A stretch of DNA of 64,000 bases from an uncultured Candidatus Saccharibacteria bacterium (GTDB taxonomy: Bacteria > Patescibacteriota > Saccharimonadia > Saccharimonadales > JACDBH01). The stretch covers positions 35,742-99,741 of the forward strand of contig CAZXYN010000003.1 of NCBI GenBank assembly GCA_964644965.1, written 5' to 3'. Positions 53,993-63,429 of the stretch are shown one piece after another. The notes beneath the pieces were generated by a model. The model did not search any database. It was not told the DNA's origin and saw only the letters and a list, made by a program, of their open reading frames with translations. Every line of letters starts with the position of its first letter. The first letter of the stretch is position 1. The position numbers and the translations under genes were made by a program.

Positions 53993-54208
53993 CTATTTCT
54001 GACCGAGCTTTATCTTTTTGACCTTGAGAGCTTTTCGCTCTGTGCGAGCGATAGCTTTGATACGACGATCTCGCTTGCTCATTGGTCTTTCAAAGTATTG
54101 ACCGTTTTTTACGACAGCAATAACACCAGCTTGCTGTACTTTGCGATTAAATCGACGAAGTACGTTCTCTACTGGTTCTTTGGCGTCTTTACGTGTAACT
54201 GAAATCAT
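53993..54208 (-). CDS. rpsU: 30S ribosomal protein S21
   Basis: 71 aa. The sequence ...VENVLRRFNRKVQQAGV...YFERPMSKRDRR... fits the bS21 pattern. Confidence 0.93.
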   Translation of the reverse strand: MISVTRKDAKEPVENVLRRFNRKVQQAGVIAVVKNGQYFERPMSKRDRRIKAIARTERKALKVKKIKLGQK

Positions 54209-54214
54209 ACGACT

Positions 54215-54243
54215 ATTTTAACCCAACAGAGGTAAAATGACAA
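54215..54243 (-). promoter_or_regulatory. Promoter of rpsU predicting a leaderless mRNA
   Basis: Minus strand reads TTGTCA (54243-54238), a 17-nt spacer, TAAAAT (54220-54215), then agtcgt-ATG. No SD. Confidence 0.55.
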
Positions 54244-54409
54244 GCGCAAAGTTCATTTGGGACAAAGATTACGAGCAAAACATCTAGAGCCTCAGGACTT
54301 GAGCTCATTTCGGTGCGCCCCGAGGAACGGAGCTGGGCCGTACTTATGGTACTGCCCAGTGAGTACCCATAAGAGGCAATCTGGAAGGAGCCAAGTATTA
54401 TGGTTCTGG

Positions 54410-54697
54410 CTATACTTGCTGTTTCTTTTGAGTAGTGCGTTGTGATTTCAACACTATACTTTGGAGTTCTTTAAAGATTGGGAAGTGCTTGTTGGTGTAA
54501 TAAATTTTCGTGTTGCCTTGGCGTTCACTAAGTAGGAAGCCGACTTTTTCAAGTCGCTTTAATTCGCGTTGAATATTGCCAGCATCTTCTTTGATCAACT
54601 TAGCAAGACCTCGGACATGTGTTTTGAAGTCCGGGTATTTTGCGTAGATAACAATAATCTTACGCCTTACGCGTGAGGTAATAAAAACGTCTAACAT
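54410..54697 (-). CDS. Small winged-helix (ArsR/MarR-like) transcriptional regulator
   Basis: 95 aa. The sequence ...VRGLAKLIKEDAGNIQRELKRLEKVGFLLSERQGNTKIYYTN is an HTH-wing pattern. Confidence 0.7.
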   Translation of the reverse strand: MLDVFITSRVRRKIIVIYAKYPDFKTHVRGLAKLIKEDAGNIQRELKRLEKVGFLLSERQGNTKIYYTNKHFPIFKELQSIVLKSQRTTQKKQQV

Positions 54698-54813
54698 AGC
54701 TCCCCATTGTTATTCAGACAACGCTTAGTATAGCGTTTCATGTCAGTGAGCGCAATATATCAAAGACAAGTCCATTACGTCAATCTGATAAAAGCCGTAT
54801 AATCTAGAACACG

Positions 54814-56745
54814 ATGCATTTTTATGAGGTGTTTGTCGCCGAGCCGCGCTATCAAAAGCTCGAACCACTTACCTATCAGAGCGATGAGGTACTGGGTAGA
54901 GGTGCCTTAGTTTCTGTTCCGTACGGCAATAAAACAAGCGCTGGATTTGTTCTAGCCAAAGTAAGTCAACCCAAGTTCAAGACAAAATCTATCCATGAAA
55001 AATTGTCACACCAAAGATTACCCGAAGCAATCATAAACCTCCATGAATGGCTACTCAGCTACTACCCAGCAAGCAGTGGTGCTATCACACAGCTTTTTGT
55101 TCCATCTGTTATCAAGCGACCGAAATCCCTATCTTTGACTGCTGGTAGGTACAAAGCAAAAAGTCTCCCCCAGCTAACAAAAGAGCAATCACAAGCCCTT
55201 GATTCAATCAGTAATTCAAAGCAAAAAACTTTTCTGATTCACGGCGAAACAGGCAGCGGCAAAACTCGTTTGTACTTAGAGCGAGCAAAGACACACCTAG
55301 AATCAGGCAAGTCGATAATAATCCTCACCCCAGAGATATCACTTGTTCCCCAGATGAAACAGGTGTTTGCAGAGCAATTCGGCAATAAAGTTATCGAGAT
55401 GCACTCCGGACTCACCAAAACCAAGCGAAACAAGCACTGGCTACAAATACTTGAGTCGACAGAACCACTAATCATTGTCGGTACGCGCTCAGCCACATTC
55501 GTACCACTGGCTGACGTCGGGTTAATAGTCGTTGATGAGATGCACGAGCCAGCTTACAAACAAGAATCAGCCCCTCGCTACAACGCTCTTCGAGCTGCCG
55601 GCAAGCGTGCGCAGATTCAGTCAGCTGAGATACTCTACGGCAGCGCTACGCCACCTGTAATCGAACATTATCTGGCTGAACAAACCAAGGTGTCAATTTT
55701 GAGGCTAACAAAGACCGCCCGAGATTCTAGCGACACCGTCAGAAGCCTGGTTGATTTGAAAGATAAAAATCTATTCAGCAGACATAGCTACCTATCTGAC
55801 CCCTTAGTTAACGCACTAGAAAAGCGCATGAAGAGCAATCAGCAGTCACTGTTGTTCCTGAACCGGCGTGGTACAGCCAGACAAATTCTGTGCCAAGAAT
55901 GTGGCTGGCAGGCACTCTGTCCAAAATGCGACTTGCCACTGACGCTACATGCCGACAAGCATCACATTCGCTGCCACACCTGTGGCTACCAAACAAAGCC
56001 GCCCTACGCCTGCCCTGTGTGTAATAGCAGCAATATTCTTTACCGTTCGCTAGGCACAAAGGCACTGGCAGAAGATTTGCAGCGACTCTTTCCAGATGCC
56101 AAGATTAAGCGTTTTGACACCGATAATCTATCAGCTGATACGCTAGCCAGAAACTTCGACTCTGTACTATCTGGTGAAGTAGACATACTAGTAGGCACCC
56201 AAATGCTCGGCAAAGGCTTAGACCTGCCTCACCTGACCCTTGTAGGCATTGTGAATGCCGACACCTCGCTACATATGCCTGATTTTTCATCGGCCGAGCG
56301 AAGTTATCAACTACTGCACCAAGCAATTGGAAGAGTCGGCAGAGGTCACGCCGACGGCGAAGTAATCATACAGACATATCAGCCAGAAAACCCGCTACTT
56401 ACTGCTGCTATCAAACAGGATTGGCAACAACTCTACCAGCATGAGCTTTCGGAACGTCAACAATTCTTATTTCCACCATTTTGCTATCTACTAAAACTAA
56501 CCGTCAGCAGACGCACAAGTGAATCAGCCGAACAATACACAGGTAAACTCTATCGGCACATTAGAAGTTTAGGCCTAGCAATTGATGTCCAGAACCCTGT
56601 TCCGAGCTTTTATGAGAGAAGTCACGGCAAATACAATTGGCAGCTAATCGTAAAAGCTCGCAACCGACAATTATTGGTAGACATCGTAAAATCACTACCT
56701 GCTGGTGATTATGTATACGACCTAGATCCAAGCAACCTGTTATAG
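54814..56745 (+). CDS. priA: Primosomal protein N' (PriA helicase)
   Basis: 643 aa. Walker A GETGSGKT, DEMHE box, and a Cys-rich zinc insertion CQECGWQALCPKCDLPL...CHTCGY...CPVCNS. Confidence 0.94.
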   Translation: MHFYEVFVAEPRYQKLEPLTYQSDEVLGRGALVSVPYGNKTSAGFVLAKVSQPKFKTKSIHEKLSHQRLPEAIINLHEWLLSYYPASSGAITQLFVPSVIKRPKSLSLTAGRYKAKSLPQLTKEQSQALDSISNSKQKTFLIHGETGSGKTRLYLERAKTHLESGKSIIILTPEISLVPQMKQVFAEQFGNKVIEMHSGLTKTKRNKHWLQILESTEPLIIVGTRSATFVPLADVGLIVVDEMHEPAYKQESAPRYNALRAAGKRAQIQSAEILYGSATPPVIEHYLAEQTKVSILRLTKTARDSSDTVRSLVDLKDKNLFSRHSYLSDPLVNALEKRMKSNQQSLLFLNRRGTARQILCQECGWQALCPKCDLPLTLHADKHHIRCHTCGYQTKPPYACPVCNSSNILYRSLGTKALAEDLQRLFPDAKIKRFDTDNLSADTLARNFDSVLSGEVDILVGTQMLGKGLDLPHLTLVGIVNADTSLHMPDFSSAERSYQLLHQAIGRVGRGHADGEVIIQTYQPENPLLTAAIKQDWQQLYQHELSERQQFLFPPFCYLLKLTVSRRTSESAEQYTGKLYRHIRSLGLAIDVQNPVPSFYERSHGKYNWQLIVKARNRQLLVDIVKSLPAGDYVYDLDPSNLL

Positions 56746-56776
56746 CCAAAACCTATCTGTTATACTTGTTCAGACA

Positions 56777-57358
56777 ATGGCCACAAAAGAAAACATTATC
56801 ACTCTGCCCAACCCAAACCTGCGCAAACGCTCAAAGCGGGTTGGAATTATCGATGAAAAAATCAAACAGCTCATAGATGATATGGAAGCCGCAACGCTGG
56901 ATTGGGAAGACAGTCGCGACCATGAAGTTGGCGTAGCCCTGGCAGCTATACAGATAGACAGCCTGCATCGAGTTGTGGTCGTCCGGAATAACTTCGATGA
57001 CAAGAATGACCGAACCTTTATTACGCTAATAAACCCAGAGATTACTAAACTTGAAGGCGATGTCGTAGAGGACTTCGAAGGCTGCCTAAGTATTCTCGAT
57101 ACATACGGCAAGGTACCTAGGCATGACAGGGTAAAGATTAAAGCTCTCGACGAAACCGGCAAAGCCATCCGTATTACTGCCGAAGGTTTCCTAGCCCGTG
57201 TGCTCCAACACGAGATAGACCACACTAACGGCGTTGTTTTCGTCGATCACATCAAAGACAACAAGCAAGCCTTTTTTCATCTCAACCAAGAGGGCAAGCT
57301 CGAAGCGCTTGATTACGACGAAGTAATCAGAGACAACAAAGACCTCTGGGGTAGCTAA
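56777..57358 (+). CDS. def: Peptide deformylase
   Basis: 193 aa with the motifs EGCLS and QHEIDH. Confidence 0.95.
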   Translation: MATKENIITLPNPNLRKRSKRVGIIDEKIKQLIDDMEAATLDWEDSRDHEVGVALAAIQIDSLHRVVVVRNNFDDKNDRTFITLINPEITKLEGDVVEDFEGCLSILDTYGKVPRHDRVKIKALDETGKAIRITAEGFLARVLQHEIDHTNGVVFVDHIKDNKQAFFHLNQEGKLEALDYDEVIRDNKDLWGS

Positions 57359-58264
57359 ATGACTAACAAACCTCGTATCGTTTTCTTTGGTAGCGGACCA
57401 GTAGCCGCTAAGTCACTAGAGTTATTGATTGAAAGTTTTGAGATAGTTGCAGTCGTAACCAAACCAAAACCAGCCCATCATCACGGCGACTTCCCTGTTA
57501 TTGATATTGCCGAGCAAAACCAAATCCCCTTGCATGCAGTCTTAAATAAAAAACAGCTGTCATCGCTCATTGCCGGCCGTCCTTTTCAGACAGATGTCGC
57601 CATCCTGATAGATTTTGGAATTATTGTTAGCCAAGACGTTATAGATTACTTTCCTAAAGGTATCGTTAACAGTCATTTCTCTCTGTTGCCAGAACTACGA
57701 GGTGCAGATCCTATCACCTTTGCGGTGCTCAGTGGACAAAGAACTACCGGTGTTAGTCTGATGTTACTCGTAGAAGCAATGGACGAAGGTCCGACTCTTG
57801 CTCAGGCACCTTTTGAGCTTGTACCTGATATCACATCGCCCCAGCTAACGGAGAAGCTTATAGAACTCAGCGCAGCTCAGTTAAATGTCATTATGCCTAA
57901 GTATCTGGCAGATGAGGTTCAGCTGGCACCACAGTCCGGAGACCCTACTTACTCCAGAAAATTAACCAAGGAAGACGGGATTTTGGACCTTTCTAAGCCT
58001 GCAGTAGTGCTAGAACGAGAAATTAGAGCCTTTGTAGATTGGCCAAAAAGCCGGACTACGCTGGCTGACATTGATGTAATAATTACATCGGCTTTAGTTA
58101 CAAATGACAGTGGTAGGATTGGTGAATACATTATTAGCGACAAGCAATTTCTGCTATTTTGTGGCGAGGGTGCTCTCAATATCAAGAAGCTAAAACCAGC
58201 TGGTAAGGTCGAGATGGACATTGCTGGTTTTATAGCTGGCTACAAGACTAGACTAGCTGGATAA
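57359..58264 (+). CDS. fmt: Methionyl-tRNA formyltransferase
   Basis: 301 aa with HFSLLPELRGADPI. The ATG follows the def stop directly. Confidence 0.94.
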   Translation: MTNKPRIVFFGSGPVAAKSLELLIESFEIVAVVTKPKPAHHHGDFPVIDIAEQNQIPLHAVLNKKQLSSLIAGRPFQTDVAILIDFGIIVSQDVIDYFPKGIVNSHFSLLPELRGADPITFAVLSGQRTTGVSLMLLVEAMDEGPTLAQAPFELVPDITSPQLTEKLIELSAAQLNVIMPKYLADEVQLAPQSGDPTYSRKLTKEDGILDLSKPAVVLEREIRAFVDWPKSRTTLADIDVIITSALVTNDSGRIGEYIISDKQFLLFCGEGALNIKKLKPAGKVEMDIAGFIAGYKTRLAG

Positions 58265-58271
58265 ACTGCAG

Positions 58272-58766
58272 CTATGAACCAGCTGGCGGCTGATCCCACG
58301 GTGCAGTTGGCTGTGTAGGATTTGGCTGAGGTGGTTGCATTGGCTCGGGTTGAGTTGGGTTCTGCTGTGGCTGCTGATATGTATCACCCGGGACAGATGT
58401 GTAGCCCGGCTGTATAGGTGGTTGCTGCGTTGGCTGAGATTGATCAGCCGGAGTAGCTTGTGCGGCGGCCAAAATCTGCGGTGCAGATTGCGACACCTCT
58501 GCTTTGAGCTTCTCTAACTCTTCGGCAACTACTTGTTTATAGTCTGGAAAGTTTGACTCAAGCCAGTGGAGTGCACCTGCTTCGTCATTTCTATCTATAA
58601 AGCTCTCAAACTCATTGAGTTGAGTGTCGGTCATCTTCTCTGCAAGTCGCATACCAACGTTCATTTCGAGACGCTCATAAATGGCTTGGAGTAGTTTATT
58701 TTTCTCTTCTACGGGTAGTGAACCTAGGCCCATACTGGTTAGGAAATCATTGTCTAATTTGAACAT
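58272..58766 (-). CDS. Hypothetical protein, DUF5663-like N-domain plus Pro/Gln-rich tail
   Basis: MFKLDNDFLTSMGLGSLPVEEKNKLLQAIYERLEMNVGMRLAEKMTDTQLNEFE... resembles a family I recall as DUF5663, common in CPR genomes. The C-terminal ~65 aa are P/Q-rich. Confidence 0.55.
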   Translation of the reverse strand: MFKLDNDFLTSMGLGSLPVEEKNKLLQAIYERLEMNVGMRLAEKMTDTQLNEFESFIDRNDEAGALHWLESNFPDYKQVVAEELEKLKAEVSQSAPQILAAAQATPADQSQPTQQPPIQPGYTSVPGDTYQQPQQNPTQPEPMQPPQPNPTQPTAPWDQPPAGS

Positions 58767-58793
58767 AGTGCTATGGTAACACAAAAGTTGTGT

Positions 58794-60554
58794 TTACAGG
58801 GAACGTTCTTTGAGTTCGCGTGTGAAGAAGACTATTTTGTCACCCTCGTTAATATCTACGCGTGATTTGCTAGTGAAGCTCAGTCCACACATCTCGCCTT
58901 CTAGGATTTCTTTGGCGTCCTGAGGACCTCGCTTGAGGTTTGTGATTTCTACTTCAGCAAGCTCTTCTTTGTCACGCATGACGCGCGCTAGAGACGGCAC
59001 GCGGAGTCTGCCTTTGGTTACTTCACCACCACAGATGACCTCTGTTTTGGTTGTCTTGAATATACCCTTTACGGTCAGGCTTCCGAGCTCGTTCTCGACA
59101 ACTTCTGGAACCAGCAAGCTACTAAGTTCTTCCTTGGCATCGTCGATAAGCTCATAAATAACCTTGTACAGTCTGATTGCTACCTTGTCTCGTGATGCAA
59201 GCTGCTTCACGCCTGCTGGCAGCTCGATATGGAATCCGTAGATGATTGCCTTAGCAGAGGTAGCTAATCTGATGTCATTCTCTGTGATTGCGCCTACGCT
59301 GCTGCCGACAACTCGTATAGCGACCTCTTCATTATCGAGTGATTTGAGTCCGTCGATAACAGATGTCAGTGAGCCTTGTACGTCAGCTTTAACAATGACA
59401 TTTAGCTCCTGGAGTTCATTGCTTCGGTTGATTAGACGAATCAGTTCGTTACCACTAATCTGCAGATGTCCGCCAGATGCTGATCGATTACCGGCCTCTG
59501 ATGCTGCCATCTGTCGAGCTTCACGCTCGTTAGTTGCTACTTCGAACGAATCAGCAAATTCTGGTAAGTTTTTGAGTCCTGTAATAATAACTGGCATCGA
59601 AGGAGTCGCTTGCTTGAGCGGCTTACCATTTGTACCTTCTAGATTACGGATTTTGCCGTAAGTACCACCAGCGACCACAAGGTCACCAGTCTTGAGTGTA
59701 CCTTCGGTAACAAGTGCTCGAGCCACTGCTCCGCGCCCCTGTTCCATGTGAGATTCAATGATAAGTCCAGCTGCCGGTTTATTGCTAACTGCTTTCAAAT
59801 CTTCCACATCTGCAACCAGTAAAACCATGTCCAGTAGTTCTTTGATACCCTGACCAGTCTTTGCAGACACGCCCAAGATTACGGTGTCACCGCCCCACTC
59901 TTCAGGTAGTAGTTCTTGCTCTGCAAGCTGCTGTTTGATGCGATCAATGTTTGACTCTGGTTTATCAATCTTTGTAATTGCTACAACGATTTTCACGCCC
60001 GCTTTGCGTGCAAAACGAATGGCTTCTAGTGTCTGAGGTTTAATTCCATCATCTGCCGCCACCACGATAATTACTAGGTCTGTTAGCTGAGCACCGTGCT
60101 CACGAAGAGCCGCAAAGGCCTCGTGCCCGGGGGTGTCTAGAAATGTAATTGCTCGTTTGTCGTGCTCAATATAATAGGCTGAGATGTGTTGAGTGATTCC
60201 ACCTGCTTCACTTTTTACAACATCTGATTCTCGCACAGCGTCTAACAAACTGGTCTTGCCATGGTCGACATGACCCATGACTGCAACGACTGGAGGGCGT
60301 GTAGTGGCATCAGGGTCATCAACCGCGACCTTACGTTTAACAGCAGCTGGCTTCTCTACTTTCTTTACGAGCTCGACATCTAGACCTAGCTCTTCGGTAA
60401 TAATCTGGGCCGTTTCGAAATCAATCTTTTCGTTTACGGTAGCCATAACCCCGTTTTTCATAAGTTCAGTGATAATTTTTACCACTGGCAGAGCCAGCTT
60501 GTCGGCTAATGCGCCGACAGTAATCATGTTTTCAACTTCAATAGTTGTCTTCAT
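58794..60554 (-). CDS. infB: Translation initiation factor IF-2 (short form)
   Basis: 586 aa with G-domain GHVDHGKTSLLD, DTPGHEAF and the NKID-equivalent TKID. SD AAAGGAG lies 8 nt upstream. Confidence 0.96.
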   Translation of the reverse strand: MKTTIEVENMITVGALADKLALPVVKIITELMKNGVMATVNEKIDFETAQIITEELGLDVELVKKVEKPAAVKRKVAVDDPDATTRPPVVAVMGHVDHGKTSLLDAVRESDVVKSEAGGITQHISAYYIEHDKRAITFLDTPGHEAFAALREHGAQLTDLVIIVVAADDGIKPQTLEAIRFARKAGVKIVVAITKIDKPESNIDRIKQQLAEQELLPEEWGGDTVILGVSAKTGQGIKELLDMVLLVADVEDLKAVSNKPAAGLIIESHMEQGRGAVARALVTEGTLKTGDLVVAGGTYGKIRNLEGTNGKPLKQATPSMPVIITGLKNLPEFADSFEVATNEREARQMAASEAGNRSASGGHLQISGNELIRLINRSNELQELNVIVKADVQGSLTSVIDGLKSLDNEEVAIRVVGSSVGAITENDIRLATSAKAIIYGFHIELPAGVKQLASRDKVAIRLYKVIYELIDDAKEELSSLLVPEVVENELGSLTVKGIFKTTKTEVICGGEVTKGRLRVPSLARVMRDKEELAEVEITNLKRGPQDAKEILEGEMCGLSFTSKSRVDINEGDKIVFFTRELKERSL

Positions 60555-60598
60555 GTAGCTGGCTCCTTTCTTGCTCTACTAGAGCAAATTAACAGGGT

Positions 60599-61666
60599 TT
60601 ACTTGTCTTTTAGACTAAGAGCTATCTTGCGATTCTCTGTATCGATGTCTAGGATCTTGAACTGCTTCTTTTCGTTTAGCTTGAAGATCTCTGTTGGATC
60701 AGCTGCGTTTTCTTCACCGCCGCTAATTTCAGACACGTGCACCAAGGCTTCAACGCTTGGGCTCAGCTGTACGAATGCACCAAATGGAGTAATCCGTGTG
60801 ATTTTGCCTTCAACAACGTCATCTTTCTTGAAAGATTTGACTTCGCCAAGCCATGGATCATCGCTCATTTGCTTGAGGCTTAAGGAAAGGCGGTCTTTGT
60901 CGATAGCAATAATCTTGGCTGTAACTTCTTGGCCGTTCTTAACGTAGTCACGCGGATCTTCGACACGTTCCCAAGAGATCTCAGAAATGTGGATTAGACC
61001 TTCGATACCCTTAACATTCACGAATGCACCGAAGTCAATGACACCAGTTACAACGCCTTCAACAACATCGCCAACTTTTAGCTCTGTTAGGCGTGACTGC
61101 ATGTCATCCTTGACTGCTTCTTTTTCGGAGAAGATCAGTTTGTTTTCCTTGCGGCTAGCATCTAGGATGCGAACTCGCAACGGAATGTTCACGAGTGCGT
61201 TGAGCTTCTGTAGGATTTCATCCTTGTCAGCACCAGACACGCGTGGGTAGTGGTCAGCCGCTAGTTGTGAAACAGGCAGGAATCCGCGGATGCCTTCCAT
61301 TTCGATTAGCAGACCGCCTCTATTTGCGTCATACGCATTAATTTCGACGATTTCTTGAGCTTCGAACAAACGTTGTAATTCATCCCAGCCGCGATCTTTT
61401 GCAGCTCGCTTCATACTGAGAAGAGCGTGACCCTCGTCTAGCTCTGGATCAACGACACTAACAGTGACGCTTTCACCTTCTTCGATTTTTTGGCCATGAC
61501 CGATTTCTCGGCGCATAACCACCCCGACACCATTGGCGCCTAGGTCGATCCATACTTCGTGCTTTCGTACAGAAGTGATGGCTCCTTCTACGACGTCACC
61601 TGTTTTGAGCTGACGAATATCAGCGTCGGCCAGGAGCTCGTCCATAGTTATGGTAGTTTTTGACAT
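60599..61666 (-). CDS. rpsA: 30S ribosomal protein S1 (four S1 domains)
   Basis: Four S1/OB repeats (..GDVVEGAITSV.., ..GESVTVSVV.., ..GDVVEGVVTGV.., ..DDVVEGKITRI..). The start is taken at MSKTTI (61666), which places AAGGAGG 10 nt upstream. The track start 61675 is 1 nt from the SD. Confidence 0.9.
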   Translation of the reverse strand: MSKTTITMDELLADADIRQLKTGDVVEGAITSVRKHEVWIDLGANGVGVVMRREIGHGQKIEEGESVTVSVVDPELDEGHALLSMKRAAKDRGWDELQRLFEAQEIVEINAYDANRGGLLIEMEGIRGFLPVSQLAADHYPRVSGADKDEILQKLNALVNIPLRVRILDASRKENKLIFSEKEAVKDDMQSRLTELKVGDVVEGVVTGVIDFGAFVNVKGIEGLIHISEISWERVEDPRDYVKNGQEVTAKIIAIDKDRLSLSLKQMSDDPWLGEVKSFKKDDVVEGKITRITPFGAFVQLSPSVEALVHVSEISGGEENAADPTEIFKLNEKKQFKILDIDTENRKIALSLKDK

Positions 61667-61734
61667 GAGTAACATGCCTCCTTATAGGTACTGTGGTACG
61701 CCTTGGCGTATGACTCCAATCAGACTTACTCCTT

Positions 61735-61763
61735 AGTATACCCGTTCTACCCCTATAAGTCAA
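61735..61763 (-). promoter_or_regulatory. Near-consensus promoter of rpsA
   Basis: Minus strand reads TTGACT (61763-61758), a 17-nt spacer, then TATACT (61740-61735). Confidence 0.6.
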
Positions 61764-61844
61764 AGTGCTTCAAACCCGTTGGCTCATTGAGCTGGAGCAT
61801 ATTTTGGGGTTGCTAGTTGACGGCCAATAACCGATACTTGAACC

Positions 61845-62663
61845 ATGTATTTGACCATAGATATAGGCGGCACCAAGACACTGCTAGCTCGCATGAAAAA
61901 AGACGGCAAAATCGAAGAATCTATCAAATTCCCTACACCAGTTCTATACAAGGAATTTCTAAAACAGCTGACCGAAAACATTGAGAAAATTACAACGGGC
62001 AAGTGGGAAGTGGTTTGCGTTGCTGCCCCTGGAAAAATCGACCACAAAACTGGCATTGCCGTAGCATTTGGCAACCTAACATGGAAGAATGTGCCGATTC
62101 GTGACGATGTCAGATCGATTACTCGCTGCCATGTGCTTATCGAAAACGATGCCAAGCTTGCAGCATTGTCAGAAGCTCGTCTGCTTGAGACTAAATATCA
62201 CAAAGTCACATATCTGACCGTCAGCACCGGCATCGGTGGTGGTACGATTATAAATAACGTTATCGACCCTAACCTAGAGGACGCAGAGGTAGGTCACATG
62301 CTGTTTGAAAAAGACGGCGTACTTGTGCCCTGGGAATCATTTGCCAGTGGTAAGGCGATAGTCCGACGCTTCGGCAAGCTTGCCAGTGAAATAGATGACC
62401 CAGAGGTGTGGAAAGTTATTAGTTACGACCTAGCCATGGGTATCATCGATGTTGCCGCAAATATTCAGCCAGACATTATTATTATCGGTGGTGGCGTTGG
62501 CAGCCACTTTAAGAAATACGGCAAGTTTCTTAATGCCGAACTCAAGAAATACGAGAGTCCAATGGTACCTGCACCGAAGGTAGTGGCCGCAAAGCACCCG
62601 GAGGAAGCCGTCATCTACGGCTGCTACGAACTGATCAAAGATTATGCAAAGACTATTAAATAG
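61845..62663 (+). CDS. ROK-family sugar kinase (glucokinase-like, without the Cys zinc motif)
   Basis: 272 aa. N-terminal LTIDIGGTKT, ENDAKLAALSE, and GIGGG. Confidence 0.8.
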   Translation: MYLTIDIGGTKTLLARMKKDGKIEESIKFPTPVLYKEFLKQLTENIEKITTGKWEVVCVAAPGKIDHKTGIAVAFGNLTWKNVPIRDDVRSITRCHVLIENDAKLAALSEARLLETKYHKVTYLTVSTGIGGGTIINNVIDPNLEDAEVGHMLFEKDGVLVPWESFASGKAIVRRFGKLASEIDDPEVWKVISYDLAMGIIDVAANIQPDIIIIGGGVGSHFKKYGKFLNAELKKYESPMVPAPKVVAAKHPEEAVIYGCYELIKDYAKTIK

Positions 62664-63108
62664 CCTGCGGGCTGATTACCCAGACATAAGGTTTATCGAA
62701 GGTGAAGCATTCTTTTGGTCGCCCAAGGACGCCAGTGTCAGTTATGCCAAAATATCTACCCAACCAGAGATAAGTACTTGGTCGCTATTACATGAGGTAT
62801 CCCACGGCATCCTCGGACATACAGATTACAAGACCGATTTTGAGCTCGTCAGACTAGAGGCAGAAGCCTGGCAACACGCCCGCAAGCTTGGTGCAAAGTA
62901 CGATATAAAGATAGACCCCGAACATATAGAGGATTGTCTCGACACTTACCGTGATTGGCTACACAGGCGCAGCACCTGCCCGTCATGTGGCACTGTCAGC
63001 GCCCAGGAAGATTCAAAGACATATCGCTGTTTTAACTGTAAAACCAGCTGGCATGTTAGTAATTCTAGGTTTTGTCGACCCTACCGAAGACTAGCCACTC
63101 AGACATAA
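62644..63108 (+). CDS. Putative zinc metallopeptidase with C-terminal zinc ribbon
   Basis: 154 aa. HExxH in LLHEVSHGILGH, plus CPSCG...CFNCK. It overlaps the ROK gene 3' end by 20 nt. Confidence 0.5.
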   Translation: MQRLLNSLRADYPDIRFIEGEAFFWSPKDASVSYAKISTQPEISTWSLLHEVSHGILGHTDYKTDFELVRLEAEAWQHARKLGAKYDIKIDPEHIEDCLDTYRDWLHRRSTCPSCGTVSAQEDSKTYRCFNCKTSWHVSNSRFCRPYRRLATQT

Positions 63109-63133
63109 GAGCTACCCCTGTCAGAGGAGTAGT

Positions 63134-63385
63134 TTAGCTTTCTTCGACTTTGATACCAGATGGAATGTTTGTGTTCACACCTGACTCCACCTGTGGAGCC
63201 GTAGGCTTCTGACGAATGATATCTGTAGTTGTAGTCGTTGTAGTGGTAGTTTCCTCGATTATCATTGCCTGAGCCAGTACCAGACCAGCCGCCAGACCAA
63301 TTACCAAGATTACGATCCCATCCACCCAACGGTGCCAAACCGGATCATTGCTTACTTGAAACACATCATTATTCATAAATTCCAC
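63134..63385 (-). CDS. Small membrane protein with poly-Thr tract
   Basis: 83 aa with a GTG start, TM WVDGIVILVIGLAAGLVLAQAMII, then EETTTTTTTTTD. Confidence 0.5.
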   Translation of the reverse strand: MEFMNNDVFQVSNDPVWHRWVDGIVILVIGLAAGLVLAQAMIIEETTTTTTTTTDIIRQKPTAPQVESGVNTNIPSGIKVEES

Positions 63386-63429
63386 CTCTGTTGATTATTG
63401 CTAAATACAGGGTTAATTTGCTTGGGCTT

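Noticed and set aside
54330-54409. SRP (4.5S) RNA, because of CTGGAAGGAGCCAAG resembling the GGAAGCAGCC helix-8 region
   Set aside because: The conserved asymmetric-loop nucleotides (AGCA) are missing. The sequence folds as a simple GGAA-capped hairpin instead.
56770-57225. 151-aa minus-strand ORF antisense to def
   Set aside because: It is fully contained within the well-supported def gene on the opposite strand. Its product is Ser/Arg-rich and low-complexity, so it is a shadow ORF.
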